Below are positions 1 through 12,600 of a DNA stretch of 64,000 nucleotides, one piece after another. Each line of letters opens with the position of its first letter. Positions within the stretch are counted from its first letter, which is position 1. The notes beneath the pieces were generated by a model. That model had not been told where the DNA came from. It saw only the letters and a list, made by a program, of their open reading frames with translations, and searched no databases. The stretch lies in the NCBI RefSeq assembly GCF_009914755.1, contig NC_060939.1; one strand, written 5' to 3'. Origin of the DNA: the human T2T-CHM13v2.0 reference genome, Homo sapiens. Both the position numbers and the translations under genes were made by a program.

Positions 1-101
1 ATATGTTTCATGGTTATGTTTCATTCCTCAGTTTATATATTTGATTATTGTACCAAGCAGAGTACCTTTGAAATTTTTTTTCATCTAAAAAATATGTAAA
101 T

Positions 102-393
102 TAGCTCAGGCCTGTAATCCCAGCAAATTTGGAGGCCAAGGCAAGGGGATCACAAGGTAAAGAGATCAAGACCATCCTGGCCAATACAGTGAAACGCTGT
201 CACTACTAAAAATCCAAAAAATTAGCTAGGCATTGTGGCAGCTGGTGTAGTCCCAGTGTGGTGTAGTCCAAGCTACCTGGGAGGCTGAGGGAGGGCAATC
301 GCTTGAACCCGTGAGGCAGATGTTGCAGTGAGCAAATTTGGTGCCATTGTACTCCACCCTGTGCAACAGGACAACACTCTGTCTAAAAAAAAA
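102..393 (+). mobile_element. Diverged Alu SINE lacking ~12 nt at the 5' end; one per unit at unit start +100/101 (27 copies)
   Basis: Left arm gctcaggcctgtaatcccagca...ggaggccaaggc...gagatcaagaccatcctggccaa; A-rich linker ctactaaaaatccaaaaaattagc; right arm gggaggctgagg...aatcgcttgaaccc...ttgcagtgagc...actctgtct; A9 tail at 385-393. Most consensus CpGs are now TG/CA. The identical flanks in every unit show it was amplified with the satellite. Confidence 0.96.
243..272 (+). repeat. 16-bp-period tandem duplication inside the Alu right arm, present in all units
   Basis: tggtgtagtcccag-tg-tggtgtagtccaag; the Alu consensus has TGTAGTCCCAG only once here. Confidence 0.9.
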
Positions 394-1974
394 TTATATA
401 TGATATATGTTATATGTTATGTAATATGCTTTATATGTAATATATAACCTCATATATATTATATGTCATAATATATAATAGTTATCCTGTGTCATATTAT
501 ATATATTATATATTTCATAACATATATAATATATAATACATATTATACATCTTATATATGAAAATATGTAATTAGAGATAAAATAACATATAGTTATATA
601 TAATATGATATATAACATATATACTATATCATATATGATATATAATATATAATTTTTTATTGCATATTATAATTCATATATATTATAATTTATATAATGA
701 TATAATTATTTATATAATATAAATAATTATACATGCTTATATAATTATATATAATATAAATAATAATATATATAATTACATATTCATATCGTTATATATA
801 ATAATACATTTCATATGTAATTATATATATCATATAATAGACAACACACCTAATATATAATATATAATATATATTATACAATATAGGATACAAAAGATGT
901 ATGATATATAAGATATCATAATATAATATATATTTTAACATTATGTATGTAACATGTAATATGTGATATATAAAATAAATTATGTAATATAAAATAATAT
1001 AATATAATATATACTATATTAAGGTATATTATGTAAAGTATGTAATAAAATTATAAGTAACATAATATATAGTTATATATATTATCTTATGTATTTACAT
1101 AGAGTATTATACAGTTATATATAATTTTAAATTGTTATATATAATTTAATATAAAACAAATATAATATACATCATAACATATATATTGTATACCATATAT
1201 ATATTATGTATCATATATTGTATGTTATATATTATATATTCTATATCATATATCATATATTATATGTTATATATATCACATTCCACATTTTGTATATTAT
1301 AAATTATATACAATATATGACATGTATTATATTATATATAATAAATTATACATTATATGTAACATAGTATATATTATATGTAACATGTATATTCTATGTA
1401 AAATATATAATATATAACATATTACATATAATTAATAACATAGACATATAATATATATTTAATATATGTACTATATATACAACGTATTATACATACTCTA
1501 TATAATATATATTATATATATGGCATAAAATATAATATATATTATATGTCATATTTCATATATACAATTATATATTATTATATGTTATTTTATATTATAT
1601 ATAACATAGATATAATATATATACCTATAATGTATATTACATATAACGTAGATATTATATATAATATATATAATGTATATTATATATAACGTAGATATTA
1701 TATATAATATATATAATGTATATTATATATTTAATACGTATACTAACCATATAATATATTCTATATATGATATATAATATATATTATATATGTCATAAAA
1801 TATAATATATATTATATGTCATTGTATAAATATAATACTTATATATTATCAATTATTATATTACATTTAATATATATAATATAAGATGCAGGATGTGAAA
1901 CAATATTATATATATGTTATTTATATTATATATATGATACTATATATTATTGTATACATAATGTGTATATATAT
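394..1974. repeat. AT-rich low-complexity segment of the unit ((TA)n/TATAA/CATAT-type degenerate repeats)
   Basis: Almost only A and T from the end of the Alu A-tail to tttgtgggtgccc (~1975); near-identical in all units. Confidence 0.95.
1591..1730 (+). repeat. 42-43-bp minisatellite (~3 copies) within the AT-rich segment
   Basis: taatgtatatta(c/t)atata starts at 1628, 1671 and 1714 (period 43); a more diverged copy, tatattatatataacatagatat, is at 1591. Confidence 0.85.
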
Positions 1975-2535
1975 TTGTGGGTGCCCTATTTCCCATCTCA
2001 TAACTTGTTTTAAGAAGCGCAGCATAATAATGTGTGGGCTTGGGATTCAGTTTTTGAAACAAAACACTGAGCCTTCAATGACCTTTCGGTCTATGTAGAA
2101 GCGCTCCTGTCTTCGTGGCAGCAGTTGGACCTCACAATGTGGATTGTGCCGTCACCCTGCAATGTTTATGCCCTATCGCCATGGTGACGGGATTAGGGAT
2201 CTCCTGCTCTTGGTCCTAAAGGCCACTGTCTGTGCTGTGTTTTTCAAAGGTCAGCACAGAGTGAACCTTTGTGGTTTTATTTTCCCTGAGTTTGATTTTT
2301 CTCATGGGGAACCTGTGGTGCTGCTTTGAAGGTATATTCATACTGGCCTTTCAAATGCCAACTCTTCAAATTACTAGTTAATGCTTTCAAAGTATGTTAT
2401 TTCAAAAATTATCCTCCGTATTTTCCATATGCAGTTATAAATATGTTGCATGGTTATGTTTCATTCCTCAGTTTATATATTTGATTATTGTACCAAGCAG
2501 AGTACCTTTGAAATTTTTTTCATCTAAAAAATATG
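1975..2535. repeat. HSATI-like segment of the unit, running across the arbitrary unit boundary up to the next Alu
   Basis: Complex, moderately GC ~560-bp block (gtgggtgccctatttcccatc...gtaccaagcagagtacctttgaaa) between the AT tract and the next Alu. Named by its position and size in the known DYZ2 composite; boundaries are approximate. Confidence 0.75.
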
Positions 2536-5500
2536 TAAATTAGCTCAGGCCTGTAATCCCAGCAAATTTGGAGGCCAAGGCAAGGGGATCACAAGGTAAA
2601 GAGATCAAGACCATCCTGGCCAATACAGTGAAAGGCTGTCACTACTAAAAATCCAAAAAATTAGCTAGGCATTGTGGCAGCTGGTGTAGTCCCAGTGTGG
2701 TGTAGTCCAAGCTACCTGGGAGGCTGAGGGAGGGCAATCGCTTGAACCCGTGAGGCAGATGTTGCAGTGAGCAAATTTGGTGCCATTGTACTCCACCCTG
2801 TGCAACAGGACAACACTCTGTCTAAAAAAAAATTATATATGATATATGTTATATGTTATGTAATATGCTTTATATGTAATATATAAACTCATATATATTA
2901 TATGTCATAATATATAATAGTTATCCTGTGTCATATTATATATATTATATATTTCATAACATATATAATATATAATACATATTATACATCTTATATATGA
3001 AAATATGTAATTAGAGATAAAATAACATATAGTTATATATAATATGATATATAACATATATACTATATCATATATGATATATAATATATAATTTTTTATT
3101 GCATATTATAATTCATATATATTATAATTTATATAATGATATAATTATTTATATAATATAAATAATTATACATGCTTATATAATTATATATAATATAAAT
3201 AATAATATATATAATTACATATTCATATCGTTATATATAATAATACATTTCATATGTAATTATATATATCATATAATAGACAACACACCTAATATATAAT
3301 ATATAATATATATTATACAATATAGGATACAAAAGATGTATGATATATAAGATATCATAATATAATATATATTTTAACATTATGTATGTAACATGTAATA
3401 TGTGATATATAAAATAAATTATGTAATATAAAATAATATAATATAATATATACTATATTAAGGTATATTATGTAAAGTATGTAATAAAATTATAAGTAAC
3501 ATAATATATAGTTATATATATTATCTTATGTATTTACATAGAGTATTATACAGTTATATATAATTTTAAATTGTTATATATAATTTAATATAAAACAAAT
3601 ATAATATACATCATAACATATATATTGTATACCATATATATATTATGTATCATATATTGTATGTTATATATTATATATTCTATATCATATATCATATATT
3701 ATATGTTATATATATCACATTCCACATTTTGTATATTATAAATTATATACAATATATGACATGTATTATATTATATATAATAAATTATACATTATATGTA
3801 ACATAGTATATATTATATGTAACATGTATATTCTATGTAAAATATATAATATATAACATATTACATATAATTAATAACATAGACATATAATATATATTTA
3901 ACATATGTACTATATATACAACGTATTATACATATACTATATAATATATATTATATATATGGCATAAAATATAATATATATTATATGTCATATTTTATAT
4001 ATACAATTATATATTATTATATGTTATTTTATATTATCTATAACATAGATATAATATATATACCTATAATGTATATTACATATAACGTAGATATTATATA
4101 TAATATATATAATGTATATTATATATAACGTAGATATTATATATAATATATATAATGTATATTATATATTTAATACGTATACTAACCATATAATATATTC
4201 TATATATGATATATAATATATATTATATATGTCATAAAATATAATATATATTATATGTCATTGTATAAATATAATACTTATATATTATCAATTATTATAT
4301 TACATTTAATATATATAATATAAGATGCAGGATGTGAGACAATATTATATATATGTTATTTATATTATATATATGATACTATATATTATTGTATACATAA
4401 TGTGTATATATATTTGTGGGTGCCCTATTTCCCATCTCATAACTTGTTTTAAGAAGCGCAGCATAATAATGTGTGGGCTTGGGATTCAGTTTTTGAAACA
4501 AAACACTGAGCCTTCAATGACCTTTCGGTCTATGTAGAAGCGCTCCTGTCTTCGTGGCAGCAGTTGGACCTCACAATGTGGATTGTGCCGTCACCCTGCA
4601 ATGTTTATGCCCTATCGCCATGGTGACGGGATTAGGGATCTCCTGCTCTTGGTCCTAAAGGCCACTGTCTGTGCTGTGTTTTTCAAAGGTCAGCACAGAG
4701 TGAACCTTTGTGGTTTTATTTTCCCTGAGTTTGATTTTTCTCATGGGGAACCTGTGGTGCTGCTTTGAAGGTATATTCATACTGGCCTTTCAAATGCCAA
4801 CTCTTCAAATTACTAGTTAATGCTTTCAAAGTATGTTATTTCAAAAATTATCCTCCGTATTTTCCATATGCAGTTATAAATATGTTGCATGGTTATGTTT
4901 CATTCCTCAGTTTATATATTTGATTATTGTACCAAGCAGCGTACCTTTGAAATTTTTTTTCATCTAAAAAATATGTAAATTAGCTCAGGCCTGTAATCCC
5001 AGCAAATTTGGAGGCCAAGGCAAGGGGATCACAAGGTAAAGAGATCAAGACCATCCTGGCCAATACAGTGAAACGCTGTCACTACGAAAAATCCAAAAAA
5101 TTAGCTAGGCATTGTGGCAGCTGGTGTAGTCCCAGTGTGGTGTAGTCCAAGCTACCTGGGAGGCTGAGGGAGGGCAATCGCTTGAACCCGTGAGGCAGAT
5201 GTTGCAGTGAGCAAATTTGGTGCCATTGTACTCCACCCTGTGCAACAGGACAACACTCTGTCTAAAAAAAAATTATATATGATATATGTTATATGTTATG
5301 TAATATGCTTTATATGAAATATATAACCTCATATATATTATATGTCATAATATATAATAGTTATCCTGTGTCATATTATATATATTATATATTTCATAAC
5401 ATATATAATATATAATACATATTATACATCTTATATATGAAAATATGTAATTAGAGATAAAATAACATATAGTTATATATAATATGATATATAACATATA

Positions 5501-6610
5501 TACTATATCATATATGATATATAATATATAATTTTTTATTGCATATTATAATTCATATATATTATAATTTATATAATGATATAATTATTTATATAATATA
5601 AATAATTATACATGATTATATAATTATATATAATATAAATAATAATATATATAATTACATATTCATATCGTTATATATAATAATACATTTCATATGTAAT
5701 TATATATATCATATAATAGACAACACACCTAATATATAATATATAATATATATTATACAATATAGGATACAAAAGATGTATGATATATAAGATATCATAA
5801 TATAATATATATTTTAACATTATGTATGTAACATGTAATATGTGATATATAAAATAAATTATGTAATATAAAATAATATAATATAATATATACTATATTA
5901 AGGTATATAATGTAAAGTATGTAATAAAATTATAAGTAACATAATATATAGTTATATATATTATCTTATGTATTTACATAGAGTATTATACAGTTATATA
6001 TAATTTTAAATTGTTATATATAATTTAATATAAAACAAATATAATATATATCATAACATATATATTGTATACCATATATATATTATGTATCATATATTGT
6101 ATGTTATATATCATATATTGTATATCATATATTATATGTTATATGTATCACATTCCACATTTTGTATATTATAAATTATATACAATATATGACATATATT
6201 ATATTATATATAATAAATTATACATTATATGTAACATAGTATATATTATATGTAACATGTATATTCTATGTAAAATATATAATATATAACATATTACATA
6301 TAATTAATAACATAGACATATAATATATATTTAACATATGTACTATATATACAACGTATTATACATATACTATATAATATATATTATATATATGGCATAA
6401 AATATAATATATATTATATGTCATATTTTATATATACAATTATATATTATTATATGTTATTTTATATTATCTATAACATAGATATAATATATATACCTAT
6501 AATGTATATTACATAGAACGTAGATATTATATATAATATATATAATGTATATTATATATAACGTAGATATTATATATAATATATATAATGTATATTATAT
6601 ATTTAATACG

Positions 6611-9600
6611 TATATTAACCATATAATATATTCTATATATGATATATAATATATATTATATATGTCATAAAACATAATATATAATATATGTCATTGTATA
6701 AATATAATACTTATATATTATCAATTATTATATTACATTTAATATATATAATATAAGATGCAGGATGTGAGACAATATTATATATATGTTATTTATATTA
6801 TATATATGATACTATATATTATTGTATACATAATGTGTATATATATTTGTGGGTGCCCTATTTCCCATCTCATAACTTGTTTTAAGAAGCGCAGCATAAT
6901 AATGTGTGGGCTTGGGATTCAGTTTTTGAAACAAAACACTGAGCCTTCAATGACCTTTCGGTCTACGTAGAAGCGCTCCTGTCTTCGTGGCAGCAGTTGG
7001 ACCTCACAATGTGGATTGTGCCGTCACCCTGCAATGTTTATGCCCTATCGCCATGGTGACGGGATTAGGGATCTCCTGCTCTTGGTCCTAAAGGCCACTG
7101 TCTGTGCTGTGTTTTTCAAAGGTCAGCACAGAGTGAACCTTTGTGGTTTTATTTTCCCTGAGTTTGATTTTTCTCATGGGGAACCTGTGGTGCTGCTTTG
7201 AAGGTATATTCATACTGGCCTTTCAAATGCCAACTCTTCAAATTACTAGTTAATGCTTTCAAAGTATGTTATTTCAAAAATTATCCTCTGTATTTTCCAT
7301 ATGCAGTTATAAATATGTTGCATGGTTATGTTTCATTCCTCAGTTTATATATTTGATTATTGTACCAAGCAGCGTACCTTTGAAATTTTTTTTCATCTAA
7401 AAAATATGTAAATTAGCTCAGGCCTGTAATCCCAGCAAATTTGGAGGCCAAGGCAAGGGGATCACAAGGTAAAGAGATCAAGACCATCCTGGCCAATACA
7501 GTGAAACGCTGTCACTACTAAAAATCCAAAAAATTAGCTAGGCATTGTGGCAGCTGGTGTAGTCCCAGTGTGGTGTAGTCCAAGCTACCTGGGAGGCTGA
7601 GGGAGGGCAATCGCTTGAACCCGTGAGGCAGATGTTGCAGTGAGCAAATTTGGTGCCATTGTACTCCACCCTGTGCAACAGGACAACACTCTGTCTAAAA
7701 AAAAATTATATATGATATATGTTATATGTTATGTAATATGCTTTATATGTAATATATAACCTCATATATATTATATGTCATAATATATAATAGTTATCCT
7801 GTGTCATATTATATATATTATATATTTCATAACATATATAATATATAATACATATTATACATCTTATATATGAAAATATGTAATTAGAGATAAAATAACA
7901 TATAGTTATATATAATATGATATATAACATATATACTATATCATATATGATATATAATATATAATTTTTTATTGCATATTATAATTCATATATATTATAA
8001 TTTATATAATGATATAATTATTTATATAATATAAATAATTATACATGATTATATAATTATATATAATATAAATAATAATATATATAATTACATATTCATA
8101 TCGTTATATATAATAATACATTTCATATGTAATTATATATATCATATAATAGACAACACACCTAATATATAATATATAATATATATTATACAATATAGGA
8201 TACAAAAGATGTATGATATATAAGATATCATAATATAATATATATTTTAACATTATGTATGTAACATGTAATATGTGATATATAAAATAAATTATGTAAT
8301 ATAAAATAATATAATATAATATATACTATATTAAGGTATATTATGTAAAGTATGTAATAAAATTATAAGTAACATAATATATAGTTATATATATTATCTT
8401 ATGTATTTACATAGAGTATTATACAGTTATATATAATTTTAAATTGTTATATATAATTTAATATAAAACAAATATAATATACATCATAACATATATATTG
8501 TATACCATATATATATTATGTATCATATATTGTATGTTATATATCATATATTGTATATCATATATTATATGTTATATGTATCACATTCCACATTTTGTAT
8601 ATTATAAATTATATACAATATATGACATATATTATATTATATATAATAAATTATACATTATATGTAACATAGTATATATTATATGTAACATGTATATTCT
8701 ATGTAAAATATATGATATATAACATATTACATATAATTAATAACATAGACATATAATATATATTTAACATATGTACTATATATACAACGTATTATACATA
8801 TACTATATAATATATATTATATATATGGCATAAAATATAATATATATTATATGTCATATTTTATAAATACAATTATATATTATTATATGTTATTTTATAT
8901 TATCTATAACATAGATATAATATATATACCTATAATGTATATTACATATAACGTAGATATTATATATAATATATATAATGTATATTATATATAACGTAGA
9001 TATTATATATAATATATATAATGTATATTATATATTTAATACGTATATTAACCATATAATATATTCTATATATGATATATAATGTATATTATATATGTCA
9101 TAAAACATAATATATAATATATGTCATTGTATAAATATAATACTTATATATTATCAATTATTATATTACATTTAATATATATAATATAAGATGCAGGATG
9201 TGAGACAATATTATATATATGTTATTTATATTATATATATGATACTATATATTATTGTATACATAATGTGTATATATATTTGTGGGTGCCCTATTTCCCA
9301 TCTCATAACTTGTTTTAAGAAGCGCAGCATAATAATGTGTGGGCTTGGGATTCAGTTTTTGAAACAAAACACTGAGCCTTCAATGACCTTTCGGTCTATG
9401 TAGAAGCGCTCCTGTCTTCGTGGCAGCAGTTGGACCTCACAATGTGGATTGTGCCGTCACCCTGCAATGTTTATGCCCTATCGCCATGGTGACGGGATTA
9501 GGGATCTCCTGCTCTTGGTCCTAAAGGCCACTGTCTGTGCTGTGTTTTTCAAAGGTCAGCACAGAGTGAACCTTTGTGGTTTTATTTTCCCTGAGTTTGA

Positions 9601-12600
9601 TTTTTCTCATGGGGAACCTGTGGTGCTGCTTTGAAGGTATATTCATACTGGCCTTTCAAATGCCAACTCTTCAAATTACTAGTTAATGCTTTCAAAGTAT
9701 GTTATTTCAAAAATTATCCTCCGTATTTTCCATATGCAGTTATAAATATGTTGCATGGTTATGTTTCATTCCTCAGTTTATATATTTGATTATTGTACCA
9801 AGCAGAGTACCTTTGAAATTTTTTTTCATCTAAAAAATATGTAAATTAGCTCAGGCCTGTAATCCCAGCAAATTTGGAGGCCAAGGCAAGGGGATCACAA
9901 GGTAAAGAGATCAAGACCATCCTGGCCAATACAGTGAAACGCTGTCACTACTAAAAATCCAAAAAATTAGCTAGGCATTGTGGCAGCTGGTGTAGTCCCA
10001 GTGTGGTGTAGTCCAAGCTACCTGGGAGGCTGAGGGAGGGCAATCGCTTGAACCCGTGAGGCAGATGTTGCAGTGAGCAAATTTGGTGCCATTGTACTCC
10101 ACCCTGTGCAACAGGACAACACTCTGTCTAAAAAAAAATTATATATGATATATGTTATATGTTATGTAATATGCTTTATATGTAATATATAACCTCATAT
10201 ATATTATATGTCATAATATATAATAGTTATCCTGTGTCATATTATATATATTATATATTTCATAACATATATAATATATAATACATATTATACATCTTAT
10301 ATATGAAAATATGTAATTAGAGATAAAATAACATATAGTTATATATAATATGATATATAACATATATACTATATCATATATGATATATAATATATAATTT
10401 TTTATTGCATATTATAATTCATATATATTATAATTTATATAATGATATAATTATTTATATAATATAAATAATTATACATGCTTATATAATTATATATAAT
10501 ATAAATAATAATATATATAATTACATATTCATATCGTTATATATAATAATACATTTCATATGTAATTATATATATCATATAATAGACAACACACCTAATA
10601 TATAATATATAATATATATTATACAATATAGGATACAAAAGATGTATGATATATAAGATATCATAATATAATATATATTTTAACATTATGTATGTAACAT
10701 GTAATATGTGATATATAAAATAAATTATGTAATATAAAATAATATAATATAATATATACTATATTAAGGTATATTATGTAAAGTATGTAATAAAATTATA
10801 AGTAACATAATATATAGTTATATATATTATCTTATGTATTTACATAGAGTATTATACAGTTATATATAATTTTAAATTGTTATATATAATTTAATATAAA
10901 ACAAATATAATATACATCATAACATATATATTGTATACCATATATATATTATGTATCATATATTGTATGTTATATATTATATATTCTATATCATATATCA
11001 TATATTATATGTTATATATATCACATTCCACATTTTGTATATTATAAATTATATACAATATATGACATGTATTATATTATATATAATAAATTATACATTA
11101 TATGTAACATAGTATATATTATATGTAACATGTATATTCTATGTAAAATATATAATATATAACATATTACATATAATTAATAACATAGACATATAATATA
11201 TATTTAATATATGTACTATATATACAACGTATTATACATACTCTATATAATATATATTATATATATGGCATAAAATATAATATATATTATATGTCATATT
11301 TCATATATACAATTATATATTATTATATGTTATTTTATATTATATATAACATAGATATAATATATATACCTATAATGTATATTACATATAACTTAGATAT
11401 TATATATAATATATATAATGTATATTATATATAACGTAGATATTATATATAATATATATAATGTATATTATATATTTAATACGTATACTAACCATATAAT
11501 ATATTCTATATATGATATATAATATATATTATATATGTCATAAAATATAATATATATTATATGTCATTGTATAAATATAATACTTATATATTATCAATTA
11601 TTATATTACATTTAATATATATAATATAAGATGCAGGATGTGAAACAATATTATATATATGTTATTTATATTATATATATGATACTATATATTATTGTAT
11701 ACATAATGTGTATATATATTTGTGGGTGCCCTATTTCCCATCTCATAACTTGTTTTAAGAAGCGCAGCATAATAATGTGTGGGCTTGGGATTCAGTTTTT
11801 GAAACAAAACACTGAGCCTTCAATGACCTTTCGGTCTATGTAGAAGCGCTCCTGTCTTCGTGGCAGCAGTTGGACCTCACAATGTGGATTGTGCCGTCAC
11901 CCTGCAATGTTTATGCCCTATCGCCATGGTGACGGGATTAGGGATCTCCTGCTCTTGGTCCTAAAGGCCACTGTCTGTGCTGTGTTTTTCAAAGGTCAGC
12001 ACAGAGTGAACCTTTGTGGTTTTATTTTCCCTGAGTTTGATTTTTCTCATGGGGAACCTGTGGTGCTGCTTTGAAGGTATATTCATACTGGCCTTTCAAA
12101 TGCCAACTCTTCAAATTACTAGTTAATGCTTTCAAAGTATGTTATTTCAAAAATTATCCTCCGTATTTTCCATATGCAGTTATAAATATGTTTCATGGTT
12201 ATGTTTCATTCCTCAGTTTATATATTTGATTATTGTACCAAGCAGAGTACCTTTGAAATTTTTTTTCATCTAAAAAATATGTAAATTAGCTCAGGCCTGT
12301 AATCCCAGCAAATTTGGAGGCCAAGGCAAGGGGATCACAAGGTAAAGAGATCAAGACCATCCTGGCCAATACAGTGAAAGGCTGTCACTACGAAAAATCC
12401 AAAAAATTAGCTAGGCATTGTGGCAGCTGGTGTAGTCCCAGTGTGGTGTAGTCCAAGCTACCTGGGAGGCTGAGGGAGGGCAATCGCTTGAACCCGTGAG
12501 GCAGATGTTGCAGTGAGCAAATTTGGTGCCATTGTACTCCACCCTGTGCAACAGGACAACACTCTGTCTAAAAAAAAATTATATATGATATATGTTATAT

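Larger units (their letters stand above)
1..2440 (+). repeat. Representative monomer U1 (2440 bp; start point arbitrary)
   Basis: atatgtttcatggttatg at 1 recurs as atatgttgcatggttatg at 2441. Unit lengths U1-U26: 2440, 2439, 2433, 2433, 2440, 2440, 2440, 2433, 2477, 2439, 2433, 2433, 2433, 2440, 2439, 2433, 2440, 2440, 2440, 2433, 2477, 2439, 2440, 2439, 2433, 2439. Confidence 0.97.

Noticed and set aside
102-393. Active Alu or Pol III ncRNA gene array
   Set aside because: The 5' end with most of the A box is missing, the B box is mutated (gagatcaagac), the tail is only A9 and no target-site duplication is visible. Transcription cannot be inferred from sequence.
1591-1730. Link between the 42-43-bp sub-repeat and the 42-bp HSat1A satellite
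   Set aside because: Only the period and AT-richness match. I cannot show sequence homology without an alignment.
394-1974. TATA boxes and AATAAA polyadenylation signals
   Set aside because: These motifs are expected by chance in almost pure A/T sequence.
1886-2098. 70-aa ORF MQDV(K/R)QYYIYVIYII..., intact in all 26 units
   Set aside because: Its Y/I-rich composition is simply translated (TA)n. It crosses the AT/HSATI boundary, resembles no domain I recognise, and its visible variants are amino-acid changing (K/R, Q/L, F/C, M/T). Conservation reflects unit identity.
2144-2329. 61-aa ORF MCRHPAMF..., identical in all units
   Set aside because: It starts at TTG, which is not a normal eukaryotic initiator. 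It is short, lies in satellite sequence and has no recognisable homology or gene context. One synonymous change (gac/gat) is not evidence of selection.
6065-6289. 74-aa Y/I/C-rich ORFs in most 2433-bp units
   Set aside because: These TTG-initiated frames are opened by the deletions. They differ in the middle between U3-type and U8-type units and are absent in U11. They work only as indel markers.
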